The translations under genes and the position numbers were made by a program. The notes under the pieces were generated by a model that had not been told where the DNA came from, ran no database searches, and was given only the letters and a program-made list of their open reading frames with translations. This document shows positions 27,301 through 42,300 of a stretch of DNA of 64,000 nt, piece after piece (the stretch's first letter is position 1; each line of letters begins with the position of its first letter). The stretch is taken from positions 2,108,001-2,172,000 of the forward strand of contig CDRNST010000091.1 of the NCBI GenBank assembly GCA_977016875.1, in the 5' to 3' direction. The stretch is from Pavona decussata (Eukaryota).

Positions 27301-30300
27301 TATCATTCATGAGGGAGATATGCACGCTTTGGTAATTACCAAGACCATCCTAGATGATGAGGCAGAATACAAGTGTGTGGCAGAGAACTCATTTGGACAG
27401 GTAGAATGTACAGCTGAACTGTTTGTTGATGAAGTCACCATTAAGCCCGAGTTTGTTAAAAAACTTAACCCACTTGAAGTGGAAGAACAAAGTGATGCCG
27501 TGTTCCAAGTACAAGTGCTTGGAAATCCAGAACCAGATGTTTTGTGGTTTAAGAACAATATCCCCATTCATCCAGGTGGCAGATATGAAGGGAAAAAAGT
27601 AGAAGATTTACACACACTCATCATCCATAAAACAACACCGAAAGATTCTGGTGAACTGAAATGCCAGGCTAGGAATGATGCTGGTAAAGCTGAAAGTGTT
27701 GCTCCACTGCTTGTGAAGCCAGTCACCGTAAAGGAAATGTTACAGGCTCCCTCATTCATTAAGAAACCTCACGATGCACATCTCATTGAGGGAGGTTCTG
27801 CTTCCTTTGAAGTCCAAGTGGATGGTACACCCAAGCCTACTGTCACATGGTATACTGAGGAAAATGAAGAAATACCGGAACGAGGCCACATCCGCTGTCT
27901 GCCTAATGGAACTTTAGTCATTGACCAAGCAGAACTTGATGATGAAGGCTTATATAAATGCATTGCTTCAAATAAGGCTGGAGACGTATCTTGCAAAGTG
28001 GAGGTGTTTGTGGATGAAGTCACCAGTAAAGTGGATGAGATTATTGAAGAAATTCCAGTTTCTCAGAAAGCTGTAGTAGAAAGTGAGATTCCCATTGAAG
28101 GTTTACTTGTAGAGCCAACAGAGAAAGCGACACCACCAGAAATAACAAGGAGGTTAAAAGATGTCAAAGTAACAGAGGGTGATACAGCACGATTTGAAGT
28201 AGAGGTCACTGGAAATCCCAAACCTTACGCTCATTGGGCAACTAATGGTGCAGAGATAACAGGAAACGAAGAAACAATTATGGAAACCAGCGGTGACACT
28301 TACAGGCTTATTTTGAAGGATGTTGTACCAGATGACGAAGGAGAGTACACATTCACGGCAAGAAATGAAGCTGGTAAAGTGTCGTGTACGGGAAAGCTGT
28401 CAGTCCAGGAGAAGATTGTAAAGCCATCTTTCTTGGATGCTCTCAAAGACATTGAAGTTACTGAAAACAGTGATGTGCGGCTGGAAGTTCGCGTGCAGGG
28501 GACGGAGCCTGATATTGAGTGGTACAGAAATGGTGTTGTCGTTGAGGAAACAACATCTCGAACAGAGTTCGTTGAGAATGAAGAGAGGGGAAGCTATGCA
28601 TATCTCATTTATGGTGCCACAACAGAAGACCAAGGCACCTATCGGTGTACAGCAGTAAATGAGGCTGGTGAAGCATCTTGTGAAGGAAAGTTGACTGTTA
28701 GAGAAAATGTTATTCCTCCAAGATTCATACAGCGCCTTGAAAACAAAAAGGCTGTTGAAGGGAGTGATGTGAACTTGGAAGTGGAGGTCAGTGGAAGGCC
28801 CAAACCAACTCTAAGGTGGCTGAAAGATGGTACTCACGTTGCTCCTGATAGTCATCTTCAAATAGACACAGAAGGCCGCATTCATACGCTGTCCATTACT
28901 CGGGCCAGACCATCTGATGGTGGCCAATACAGCTGTGTTGCATCCAACAGCGGTGGTAGAGATACCTGCTTTGCTAATCTTGAAGTTGAGAAAGAGATGC
29001 ATGCTCCAGAATTTGTTGTCCAGCCAGAGGGAGTACAGATTGTCGAGGGTGGCCAAGCTCAGTTCGAAGCAGTTGTTTCTGGTCTACCAGAACCAGAAAT
29101 TGAGTGGTCTAAAGATCGAAAGCTCATACGAGACAGTCATCGTTTCAAGCTCGAGTTTGATGGAAACAGATCAGTTCTTACCGTGAAGGGTGCAAAACAG
29201 ACTGATGATGGAGAATTCACTTGTACAGCAACAAACAAAGTGGGAAAAGTTTCTTGTACTGTAGAACTAGTTGTTGAAGAAGCAGTTGTTGCTCCTGAAT
29301 TTGTGAAGAAAATGAACAGTATTGAATTGTGTGAAGGCGACTTGGCCAGATTTGATATCCGTGTCAGTGGAACTCCTCAGCCAGAAGTACAGTGGTTCAA
29401 GAGTGACAAATCTTTGGAGGGAGATGAACGCTATGAGTTCCTCTCAGATGATGACATGCATTCTTTGGAGTTGTCAAATTGTCTTTTATCAGATGGTGGA
29501 ATTTACCGTTGCACTGCGTCAAATGAAGCTGGACAGACAACTTGCAGTGCAGAACTTATTGTCAGCGAGAAACCTATCCCTCCAGTGTTCACAGACGAAC
29601 CAACGTTTCCCGAGATGATGGCAGAGGGTAGCGATGTTGTGCTAGAGGCCACTGTTAGTGGGAAGCCTGTGCCAATTGTAGAATGGGTGAAAGATGATGC
29701 TACTTTACAGAACGGTAGCCATTTTAACATCAAGGCCGAGCATGGCAAACACACATTAACCATCTCAGGTGCTGGCCCTGATGACTCAGGAGTTTACAAA
29801 TGTGTTGCAAATAATCCAGCTGGATCATCCATTAGGACATTCAATGTAAACATCAGAGGTAAGAATTTTCTTTAAGCTTTTACCAGAAACTGTGTTAGTA
29901 CATCTCATTGACAATGTCAATAAGTTAAACAGAAATGGCACCTCTGCAGTCATTCTTGTGCCATGCTTGATTTCTGAACATAGCAGGATGGCATAGAGCC
30001 CTTGCGGTAATGGCAGTTAACCTTTCCAAAGTTCAAAACACGATTTGATATGAGAATTTCTAAACGTAGTTGTGGTGATGTGGTAGTCAAGCTGTTAGCG
30101 GGTGATGTGGAACGTCTGACCTTAAGGCTGGTGGTTCAAATCATGGTCTTTGCTATTAGGTCATTTGATTTGATGAGAAGCTTTGCTTCACATTGTCTCG
30201 CTTTGCCCAGCTGTAAACCAGCAAACAATTACGAAAATATAACAATGTGCAGGAGGTAACTAGTGATTGTCCGGCACTAACAGCTGACAATCATGACCCT

Positions 30301-33300
30301 TCTGCTTGTCCAATCTACTCAGTTAATTACGTGCAGACTTGATTTTACATTTTTACAGTGCATATGTGATGGAATCACACAAACCATCGAACTAGCCCCT
30401 TAAGTGTAGCCCTCTCTAGTGCTGGACTTTGGGAAGGCCTATTTCAGTATCATACGTGATAGTGCTAGTTAATTCACAATGACTGTATATCACTGTAACT
30501 GCTCCAACAAATATTAACAGCATCAAACTTTAAGCTTCAACTTCAAGGCCTATTACAGACTGCCTGTTCGCAATAACTGCTTGATACTAACAGTTCCACT
30601 GCAATTACATTCCTGTAGCAATCTATTTAAATAAATTGCTTTGATCAACGCCGGGGTATTGGAAACGGTAACTTTTCACTGCTGTGCACTTTTGTGAAAT
30701 GTGGATTAATTTTTTACTTTGTTCTAGCAGGATGTAGAAATAAGAATGCTCACTGTTTCTTACTGCAAGCAAGATAACTTTGTTAAGGCTAGTGAAAGAT
30801 GAAGATGCCCTTGAGTTTTGAAAAATGGTCATTACCTGTTTAGCTGGCTTGTGCTAATGTACTAATCAGTTACTGTGTTAGTTCATGTAAGCTTTAGCTA
30901 TACTGTAAAATTATTAAAGACTGTTTCTTGTAGGTTATTTAATTCTATTGTGTTCCTCAATGTGGCTTCTGGAATTTTTGTATCAAATAATGCTTCTTAA
31001 GTAAGGGATGTGTCCTTTTGTACAAAGGATGATGCTGTTTAATCTAAACTAATAGTGCTGGTAGTAGTATTCTAAAAGCACAATTAAATTGAAATTTTTG
31101 TGCTTTTTTTCTCACCTTTATCTCCTCCTACTTCTTTCTTGATCAATTGTGCCTTTCCGTGTTTTTATTTTAATGCAGACGCTAGCATAAGTTTTTGGGC
31201 ACCTTCTTAAATCTCAACTAATGCACTTGGCAGAAAGGAATTCATCGACTGTCTGAAGAAGCTGCCTTTATTGTAACGTGTGGGTATCATTTAAGGGTGT
31301 GTTACATGTATGCATCTTATTCAGGTCATTGGGTTCCGTTTTTAGTTCAATAATGCATTTCCTTGCTGTGAACTTTAAAACCAAGGTTGTCAAATCATCG
31401 AAGAAATATTGTTTCCTTGTAGCTGGTGTTTGTTATGTTTCTGAGTGCTGTGGTGTAGCTCAGCCAATGCCTATTGTTGGTAACACTGTAACACTGTACG
31501 TCATCTGCTGGCTGCCAGATTTAGCTATGCAGAAATGCTTTCATCATATTCTGGAAGAATTCCCTTACATTGTGCCTGGTTTTGATTGTGAATCTAAAAA
31601 TGCGCTCATACATACATCATACGTGGAGTTCTCAGGCAGTTGTTGGAGTGAGGTATGCAGATGAGAGCTTATCTTTGCTTCTTCAATGCGACCAACCTAG
31701 ATGCACATACATTATATGAAAGATGTTTCCCTCGTACTTCATACGTGCTCTCATGCAGTCACTAGAGTGAACTACGCAGATATCTATTTTCACATGTGGA
31801 AGACATTTGCTTGCATTTATTTTTGCATAGCTGGAAAGCCCGAAGGACGTGGACCTGAGTTTGTGAAGCCACTGTGTTCACCGCAAGCAGTTGAAAACTC
31901 TCCAGTTACTTTGGAATGTGAAGTGATTGGTTCCCCTGAAATATCAATTGAATGGCACAAGGATGATTCTCGAGTAAGGCAGACAACCCGTGTTCGCACA
32001 GAGTTTGATGGTAGAGTCTGTCGGTTAATATTATTACGTGCAGAACTAGATGATGAAGCAGATTACAAGTGCATTGCACGGAATGATTTTGGGATGGCAA
32101 CAACGGAGTGTGAACTTCTCATAGAGGAGGACCACTGTGCGCCCTTGTTTAAAAAGAAAGCAGAGAGTCAGACAATAAAAGTAGGTCAAGCTGTGACTTT
32201 TAGCGTTCTTGTAACTGGAAGTCCACCCCCTGAAGTTGACTGGTTTAAGAATGGAGCAGGGATAAATGATAACGGGAGATATGTGATTAAAGAAGATGTT
32301 GACCATGGGAAATTCTCTCTCACTGTTGCACAGGCCACGTGCGAAGATGGTGGAAGCTATAGGTGTGTGGCTTTCAATGAAGTTGGCGAGGCTTCTTGCA
32401 AGGCAAGTTTAGATGTTGTTCCTCTGTACAGGGAAATTGAACCAATTATTGAAGAATCTTTCAAGACCGAGATAGAAGTACCATTTAAGAACCAGTTCAA
32501 TGCAGATATGGCTGAACCATTTAGCATTCCTGTTGAACCACAGACTAAACTCGGAAAGAAGAAGCTTTCAGCAGCTAGAGAGGGCCCACTGTTTGAAGTC
32601 AAGGATGGTGAACCTCCCCACTTCCTTGAATTGCCTGAAGGATGCAGGCCCTTTGAAGTTAGTCCTGATGGTGATGTAAAACTGGAAGTAAGAGTCAGTG
32701 GCAAGCCCCATCCTGAAGCAAAGTGGCTAAAAGATGACAAGCCCATTCCAGAGAGTACTAATCTGTCATTTCACAGTAATAATGACAGGCACACATTGGT
32801 GATCAAGGGACCCACTCCAAGGGAAAAAGGAACGTACGTGTGTGTAGCAACAAATGAGTATGGAATTGCCACCAGAAGTTTTGATGTCAACATAGAAGGT
32901 TATGCAGACTGGGTGATGCCCTCTTTCTTAGAACATTTGGAAAGTCCTTTTCAAATTTCAGGTGACGGGAATGTGACCATGGAAGTTAAAGTTACGGGGA
33001 ATCCAACTCCAGAAATTGATTGGACACGGGATGATCAACAAATAGAGGCAAGGGATCGCATCCAAGTTTTCAGTAAAGGAGACAACGTTTATAGCTTGGT
33101 CATCAGAGGTGCCCAGCCGGAAGATGAAGGGAAGTATACTTGCACAGCAACCAACCCAGCTGGAAAAGCTATGAGAACATACACTCTTAACATAGGTGGA
33201 ACAAAAGCCAAACCAGTTGGTCCTGTAGAAGAAGCAGTTGCCCCTCCCAGAGTTTTGGAACTACCAGAACATGGACCATCATGTAATGTTACAGATGATG

Positions 33301-36300
33301 GAGATGTTAAGCTGGAGGTTCGTTTTAGTGGCCAGCCAGAGGTTGAGTGGTCAAAGGATGGAAATGCCATACAAGAGAGCAACCACTTTCAGATTCAGTC
33401 GAGGAATGCAGTACATACAATGGTTATTAAGGGTGCCACTCCAGATGACAAAGGTCTGTTTAAATGCACAGCTTCAAATAAAGCCGGAATGGCTTGGAAG
33501 ACATTCACGGTGGATTTTGACGGGAAGCAGGAAGGGCCGTCAGCAGGCGTGCCTTCCGACCTGGAGAGACCTTTGTTTGTTGAGGATGAATCTGTTGTAC
33601 CATTTGAAGTAACTGATGAAGGAAATGTCAAACTAGAAGCTAGAGTACAAGGCATGCCCCAGCCGAAAGTAGAGTGGGACAAAGATGAGGTTCCTCTGGA
33701 AAGTAATGAACATGTCATCATCAACGCCAAGGATGATCTGCATACCTTGGTGATTCAAAGTCCAACAGTAGATGACAAAGGAACATACACTCTTACTGCC
33801 AGAAATAAAGCTGGAGTTGGAACTCGTGCATTCAATGTTGAGATTGAAGGTAGCTCATGTATTTTATCGTCCTTGCTACGGTTTCGTTTTCTTCTAAGGA
33901 TATTTTGCGAGGGGGGTGGGGGAGGAGCAGATGAATCCGGGCTTTTAATGCTGTATGTTGTAGATTTCTTTGTTTTAAATGTGTTTGTTACTGTGTATAA
34001 TTGGGTCCTTCACTCTAATATGAGATCCATACTACCTACTTTCAGACGTGCCTACCATTACAACCATCAACCTCTAGTTAATCAGGCACTCGTCTTTTAA
34101 CAATAAATGGACTAACAGCTCTAACATAACTTACGTAACATGTTGCTTAGTTCAAGTGTCATCTTTACAATTGAACCTGCATGTCACAGGTGCAAAGCCG
34201 GTCAGCTTAGTGCCAGAAATCACTAAAGAACTGGAGGAAGTAGAGGTTCTGCGAGGACAACCCATCCTACTCGAATGTCACGTCTCTGGTGCAACTGATG
34301 CCCAAGTGAGATGGTTCTGTGATAACACCCTTATTACAGACGATGCACGAATATCAAGTTCATTTGATGGGACAGTTTGCACCCTGTCCATTGAACCATC
34401 AATACTGGATGATGAAGGAGAGTACATGTGTCAAATAGAGAATGACAAAGGTGTTGTGTCAACTGCTACAGAAGTACTTGTTGAACAAGGAATGGCACTC
34501 CCAATATTTAAAGACAGGATACAGAATCTGAATGTGACTGAAGGTGAGAATGCTTGCTTTGATGTCCGCGTTGTTGGAAACCCTGAACCAGTCGTGGAGT
34601 GGTTTAAAGATGGTGTGCAACTGGAAGATGAGGGTCGTGTGATGATTATAGATGATGTTGATGACAATGAGCCCGAATTATTCTCACTGGTAATTGAAAA
34701 TTGCAAGCCTTCTGATGCTGGGGAATACAAGTGTTTGGCCATGAATGAAGCTGGGAAAGACGCTTGCACTGCGCAGCTTGTTGTGAACTCTATTTCTGAC
34801 TCAACAAAGATTCCAGATGCTGCTGAAATCCCCTTGGTCTTCACTGAAGGCCAGGATGTTACTCTAAAGGCTTTAATGAGCAAGCATCTCACCATCACTT
34901 GGCTAAAGGATGATGAACCCATCAAACAGAGCAGTCACTATGATATTGATGCTAAAGAAGGTGTCCACACCCTGACAATTAACAATGTGACACCCGACGA
35001 CTCGGGGGTTTACAAGTGTGAAGCCACTGATGACAGCACAAGCACTTTCACTGTCACCATTAAAGGTAACTAACTAACACTAACTAGCAGTAACCAGCAC
35101 CACCTTAGCACTTGCGCATTTATGTTGTGTAGTAGTTTGCATTGGTAAGGAATTTAACCATTTTCTACACATTCAGTTATAAGATATGTTTCTCAACTAT
35201 ACAAATTGATAAAGAGAGAGAACCAACGTGTAGTTTGGTCTTTATGAGTATGGGACTACAGAGAATATATCTGACTCTTAGATGGCCGTTCAACAAATAC
35301 GTCTCAGATGCTGTATCCACTTAGATACAGGGACACTCATGGTCACTTGGCAACTTGTGACACATGGCTTGCCTTGAGTGTCCTTGTAGCTCAGAGGTTA
35401 GATCATCTGACTGGTAAGCAGGAGGTCATCTGTTTGACTGCTGTTGCGGACTCAGGTTTCACTTTGCATTTCTGAGCTCTTGACAAACTGAATGCAGTCT
35501 TCTAAAAATAAGGACGAAATTTTTGTGATGCCAGTTGCACTGTTGAAGGAAACTAGAACAAAGGTTTTACTGATCTTAATGTTTATGATTTTGTTTCTCC
35601 TGTTTCTCACGGCCGAACCAGACTAAGTAATCCTTATAACCTTAAAACTCCTGTATGTAAAACTAGCACTTTTCAGGCCTCTTACTTTAATCGTATTGTT
35701 AAGCTCTGGAACTATATCTGTAAATTATCACCCCCTACCAGTTTTTCAACTACTGCTTCCTTCCGCAACTTTGTTACTGAGCACATGTTTCACCTTTTGC
35801 AAAATCACTTTGACATATTCTATCCCTGTACCTGGTCAATTGTACGATCCTGCTCCTGCCATCCCTAGTTTTTTTTAGCGTCTTTTGGTTGTTTGTGTTT
35901 TAATTACTATTAATCATGGGAGGTGCCTCGCATGGGTCCTCGCGTCCCGTTCGCACCTGCCCTTTTGACCTGATCACTTTTCACGTATTTTTCATTTCTT
36001 TCTGGTTGTTTAATTTATTGTATTTAACATGTGTGATGGTCAATAAAGCTGTTAAAAAAAACAAAAACAAAAAAAAAAAAAACAAACAAACAATCCAGAA
36101 TTGGCAGTAGTGGAATATTGTTTCTGCTGGGGAAGCTTATTAAATCTCTCTATAAACTCGGTCACCTAGTTCTTTTAAATAAAAAAGAATTTAATTGGCT
36201 AAGAATCAGTGTTTCTGAGTTTAATTCATCTGCACAAACCTTATTATTAAACACCAAAACCAGTTTGTTCTTTATTTTACATGGACATTAGACTAATGAA

Positions 36301-39300
36301 ATTGACAAAGTCCTCAGGGTACAGCTGGTTTCATCTGTTTTCCATTTTGCATTTGTTTTTCTTTTATTTGGTTTGAACTACAAAAGTAATTCTTGGAGGA
36401 CTCCAAACATGAAAATAACATTTTTTTCTGTGATGTTTTTTGAGCGTAATGTTGTGAGGTTGCCTAACGTAGTTTTTGAAGGTCATGTTTACCCTAAAGT
36501 AGGCCGTTCCCCCCCCCCCCCCCCCGCTACACAGTGACTGCTTTCAAAGACACATAGGAGAAATAAATATCCCGTTAATTGCAGTCCCATTGCAGTTTAA
36601 AAATTTTCTTTTATACTGTACTATGCTGTGGTTATTTCATTTTTAGACAAAGATTCAAAAGATGGTATTAGACCTGAAGTTACACCAGCCACCACGCTTG
36701 TAGAAGTCACTGAAGGAATGCCAGCCAAGCTTTCCTGTAAAGTGTCAGGAACACCACGTCCAAAAGTTAATTGGCGTAAAGAGGGGGAGCCCGTGGAAAC
36801 AGACAACCGTGTAACCAGTGATATCAGTGAGGGTGTTTACTCACTTTGCTTTCGAAGTACTGTTTTGGATGATGAGGGTGAGTATGAATGTCAAGCGCAG
36901 AATGATCTTGGATCAGCAAAGTGTACCCTGGAACTTCTTGTCAACGAAATTGATGTTGGTGAGACTGAAAGTAAACCAGAATTCGTGGAGAAAATGAAAG
37001 ATGTTAATGCCTTTGAAGGAGATTCTCCTAGCTTCAGTGTTAAAGTCCAAGGCAGTCCAAAACCAGAAGTTCAATGGTTTACCTCTGACAAAGAGATAAC
37101 AACGAGCGGACGATTTGTGGTGGAGTCCTTGGGTGATGACCTTCACGCTTTCACTATCAATGACTGTGAGACTAAAGACAAAGGGAGGTACAAATGCGTT
37201 GCATCCAATGTGGTTGGAAAGGCAGTTTGCTCAGGGGCATTGTCAGTCAAGGAGAAGTTGATCCCACCCCAGTTCTCCGAACAACCCAGTGAGGTGCCGA
37301 TGCAAATTGACGAGGGAGGTGACATAACACTGCAGGTTGATGTGACGGGAAAGCCAAAACCTTCAGTGAAATGGTACAAAGATGACGCACCCATCAGCCG
37401 AACAAGTAGCAAGTATAAGACTGAGGTGCTAGGGGACAGGCACACACTGACTATTGTTGCTGCAACACCTGAAGATGCAGGAACCTATCAATGCAAAGCT
37501 ACCAGTCCTGCTGGGACTGCAACTAGAAACTTTAATGTCAACATAGAGGGTGAGTTTCTGTTTTCTTATTCCTAATCCCATTTTGTCCCAAGAGCACCTA
37601 AAATAAACATTTAGGAAAAATCCTAAATTTATATTGGAAAAAATGTGTAAAACGAACAGCACTGCAGAAAAGAACTACTGAAGAGCTTTTATTTGAATGG
37701 TTACACTTGAGGATTTCGTTTACAGACTCAAAATCTAGGTCCACCTTGTACAGCAAAATAAACAGCCCCACAGGGAAGTACTGCTCAGCAGCTTTCATTT
37801 GAATGTCCACACCGTTTAGACTTTAAGATAGGACCACCTTGTTCAGCGTAATAAACAGCACCAGGGAGAAGTAAGTACTGTTCAGTGTATTTCATTAAAA
37901 TGGTCGCACTTTAGGATTTCCTCCATAGACTCAAAAGTTAGAACTATCTTAAACGGCATAATAAAGACAACAACATGAAAGCGCTGCTAAAGACCTTTCA
38001 TTAAAATAGTCACACTTTAGGATTTCATCCACGACTCGAAATTGAAAACCACATTAAGGTTACCCAGTACCTTCAGAGGTGTCTCGCGTTTAAGCGATGT
38101 AGCGCGTCCAGTTTAAACTGTAGATACCTGAACCCCCATATCAAATTAAAGCTTATAGAGCTGGCTATCAAACTATACCAACGACCTCTAATTGCGAGCG
38201 TCCGTATCACCTTTTTAAAGCTACAAGTCAAAGTGAATTTTGTTTTTTGCTAATTTAATTTGCTCGTCAGTTTCAGGACCCAACGCGCTAAAAAAACATG
38301 TCTGCGTTTTGCCATATTCAATCGCAGTGAAAAGTTATAAAGCATTTTCGGAATAGGATGAAAAAAAATTGGAGTAATCGTACAAAAATCGCTCTCGGAG
38401 AAAAAATATTTCGAAAGAAAAAATTCGCAGACATGATTTTGTTGTTTATATGTTAAACTAGCTACTGTTCAAATTTGAAGGCCAACAAACAAATTCCTTT
38501 TGAGTTTTAGCTCTTTGAAGTGGCTCCTCCAAGTGAAAAAAATTTATTCGAGAAAACAGCGCTAAAAATTCGGCAATTCATTTTATTTCAAAATTCTTGG
38601 TTTAGTTGGATAGCCAGTACTATAAGCTTTAATTGGATATAAGGGTTCAGGTATCTACAGTTTAAACCGGACGCGCTACATCGCTTGGACGCGAGACACC
38701 TCTGAAGACACCTCTGAAGGTACCGGGTGGCCTTAAAAGTTAGAACCCCCTTGTACAGCATAGTAAACACTACAGGAAAAGCGTGGCTGTTAAAACGCAA
38801 CCACTGGATCTCGCGGACTTTAAAATAGTTGCAACATTCTAAGCTCTTTTACTCGACTCATTCTATACGGTCAGGTTGTTTTGAAGTTTGCATATTGCCC
38901 AAGTTTGGAATGAGTTACCTACATGTGATATTTCTACAAAAGAGGCAATCTTTGGGGAAAAATTTTCTATGTAGTCTCAAGTATTGCAGAATGTATTTTT
39001 CTTCTTCTAAAGCGTAAACAAATGTGCAAAAATCTCAAAGCTAAAAACATGCAAAACCGTTTGCCAGCCCTGAAGAATACACCTCCTAGGTATGACTTGG
39101 AGAATCTTTTTATACTCTTTTTTTATCACAGCCAAGCAACCTGAAGGTGAGTCACCCAAATTCATCCAGCCCTTGAAGTCTCAGGAAGTCATGGAGGGTA
39201 GTCCTGCAAAGCTGGAAGTTAAGATCTCTGGAGAACCAGAACCAGATGTCGAGTGGTTTAAAGATGAACAGCCAATAGAAGATGGAGGTAACTTTAGGAT

Positions 39301-42300
39301 TGAGTTTGATGACAGTGATGGTTGTACTCTCATCATCAACTCTGCTCGGCTTGAAGATGAGGGTCAGTATAGGTGTGTGGCGACTAACGAGTTTGGAAAA
39401 GCCATCTCTGAAGCAGAACTTTTAGTGACAGGTATGGTGATTTTTTATTGCAGATCTTAAATCTTGACTGGTCGTCCTGACTGGTTATTTTATACAGTAA
39501 CTTGGTATGTAGACTTGACCTGCCACCAGCTGACCTTTCAGCGTAAAACGTGAAGGATGAAGTATGACAATAGGCACATGTTGCACTTGCAGAAGTTTCA
39601 ATTTTATTTGCATTTTATTTGCCACAAACATTTGGTTCATAACTTGGATTTTTGCAGTTACACAGAGAAAAATAACTAAGCAGTGTGTGATTTGAAATAT
39701 TTCTGATTTAGCCAATGCAGTCTTCAATAGTCACACATCCGACATACCTTCTACAAACAACTTGTAAAATCTGGTGTACATCAAGTGTGAGCGTTTTCGT
39801 TTTTTAGTTAACTCTTCCACAAAACGGGTCTGTTGGACAACAATTGTTTTCCTGATTAAGTACAAAGGAGCAGAAAGAAATGGAGACAAGTTTCGTACAT
39901 TACAATGGCTTGCATCTTTGTTTTATAGAAGAGGAACAGTTGAAACCTGCTGAGGAGGAGGTGGTGGTGGAATCAAGTTTACCAGTTAGCTTAACACCAT
40001 TTGGAGAAATACAGCTTGAACTCCCCGTCAAGGAAGAAGATCTCCCTCCGAAGGAAAGCCGTGAGGTCTCAGAAAAGGAAATCCCAGAGAGCAAACCGAC
40101 ATTTGATGAGGTTCAGGTATTTACAGAAATAACCGCTAGGGAAGGATTTACGTTGGCGTTAGATTGGGACCATTGACTGCTCTGCTTGTAGGTTTTCCAC
40201 TAGATTTCTTTTCCATCCATGTTTTGTTGATTTGAAAAGGGCTATTAATATTAAGCCATCTAATACCAAATTGTCAATCATGTTCTGGATCTTTTCTCAG
40301 GGAGGTGGTTTTGCTTGTTTTGCTTGTATTGTTCCAACTGAGTCCAATGGTAGTTAAAAAGGGGATCAACAAAGTGTTCCTCGAAAGACCTGGAAACGTT
40401 AACCAGCCTTAAACGATTGATCCTAACCGTACTTGAGTTACAGTATTTATAATGGTACTGAATGTTTGGCGCTGAACCCACACTGTATTAGCTGAATGTA
40501 ATTATGTGGCTTTTGATTGTTATAGCTTCGTCTTCCTGGGCAAAGGGATGCACCCTTGATTCCTGACACCATATCTGCCCTAGAATACGAGCCAGTCCAG
40601 TTGACACTTCCAGTAACTGCTGAACAGGTACTGCCTGATTTTGTTGAGGTGCCTCAAGATGTGAAGATCACCGAAGGTGACAAAGCAGTGCTTACGGTCC
40701 GGGTCATTGGACAGCCAACTCCAAACGTTGTGTGGTACATAGATGATGAGCCAATTCATCCAGATGAGAGGATTTCTGTAGAATCAGAGGGAGACAAATA
40801 TCAGCTCATTATAAACGAAGCTGTGCTGGATGATGAAGGAATGTACAAGTGCGTGGCTAAAAGTGAGGCTGGGAAAGCTATTTGTGAAGTAGAGTTGCTT
40901 GTTGAGGGTATGTACAGTTTTCTTTTCTTCTTACACAATAATTATTGTACAGTGGGACTCCGGTATAAAAAGGGCCAAGGGACTAAGAAAATGTGCTTAA
41001 TGTTGTGTTTTCAGAATTAGAACATTGGAACTAGAAAAATCAGAGGGTCATACGCTGGACTCTCGCTGGGATAACTCAGATTTTCTTTTCTGGAGTATTT
41101 GTGCGTCGCTGACTGAATGATACATATGTAATTTATTCTCCAGGGTCCAGTTGTTCGAAAGCCGATTAACGCTAATCCATGATTAAAAGTTAACCGAGGT
41201 TTTTTTGTGCTCATTAAAAGCGGTTTAAAAACTGAGAGACAAAATCTTTGGTAGAATCTTTGATGATTAGTCATTAAATTCGGACCAAAGTTCACGTTAA
41301 TCCAGGATTAGTTTAATTGGGCTTTGAACAACTGAGCCCAGGGTTAACAAAACAACACAACATCACATTTCTTTCACGGAAACCACATTGTAACGAATTT
41401 GTAGGAGAACGACCAAAATGCTTGTAATTTTGGACTTTGGTTAACTATAATTTGATAATTTGAGATGTTGACAGAACTGACAAGAAGCAGAGGAAGTGGC
41501 GTAGATATCACTATAGTGCCCTCTGGTAACATATCATGACCTGTTGACAGCACTTGCAGCTTTTTACAATGAAATATCTTTGTTGAGCTTGATATTTATT
41601 TGAAGATTGGGGTAGATTTCAAGTTGGGGTTTCGTTATTGTTTTAACAGGAATTTCGTTATTCTAGGATTTGGTATATTATAGTTCTGTCCTATACATTT
41701 TACTGTAACATTGCCTGTGCTGAAAAATAGTGTTCATTATACCGGAGACTTCATTGTGAGGGTTCGTTATATCAGAGTTCCACTGTACTTGTCATTTTGT
41801 AAATGTTAATGCTTATGAGATGCATTCTGTGCAACAGCTCACAATTCATGTGCTCAGTCAAATTCTTAAGAAAAACATGACAAATAACCAGTTGGAAGTG
41901 TTTGTCAGGCATGCAGCTTTAGCTTATATAAACTTCCAGTTTTTCCCAATTTCCCTCTTGCGATTTTATTCTTAAATTCAATTACAGAAATCAAAGAGGC
42001 AGTGGAAGAAGAACCTCGTGGCCTTCAAATTACAAAGGAGCTAGAAGACGTCGAAGTTGATGAAGGGGAACCTGCCACGCTTGAGGTGTGCTTTGTCAGT
42101 GATGCCCCGACTACTGTTTCATGGGTGAAGGACATGCAGCCAGTGGAAGAGGGCAAGAGAATAAAGATTATCACTGATGACCATAGTAGCAAAATAATGA
42201 TCAAGAAAAGTGCTGTCAAAGATGAGGGGCTGTACAGGTGTACGCTGCAAAGCAGTGATCGGGAATTGAGCAATTCTGCTGAGCTCATAGTTGAAGGTGT

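Larger units (their letters stand above)
40950..41785. mobile_element. Two halves of a Tc1/mariner-type MITE (left 40950-41000, right ~41630-41785)
   Basis: ta|cagtgggactccggtataa ... ttatatcagagttccactg|ta; same family as 4471-4627. Confidence 0.55.

Noticed and set aside
29859-31830. Hidden gene or alternative terminal exon in a repeat-poor intron (ORF 31278-31664)
   Set aside because: I found no convincing splice pair or protein motif; it cannot be supported without RNA data
37598-37810. Minus-strand ORF MDIQMKAAEQYFPV...
   Set aside because: It is a translation of the ~100-bp tandem repeat, not a gene
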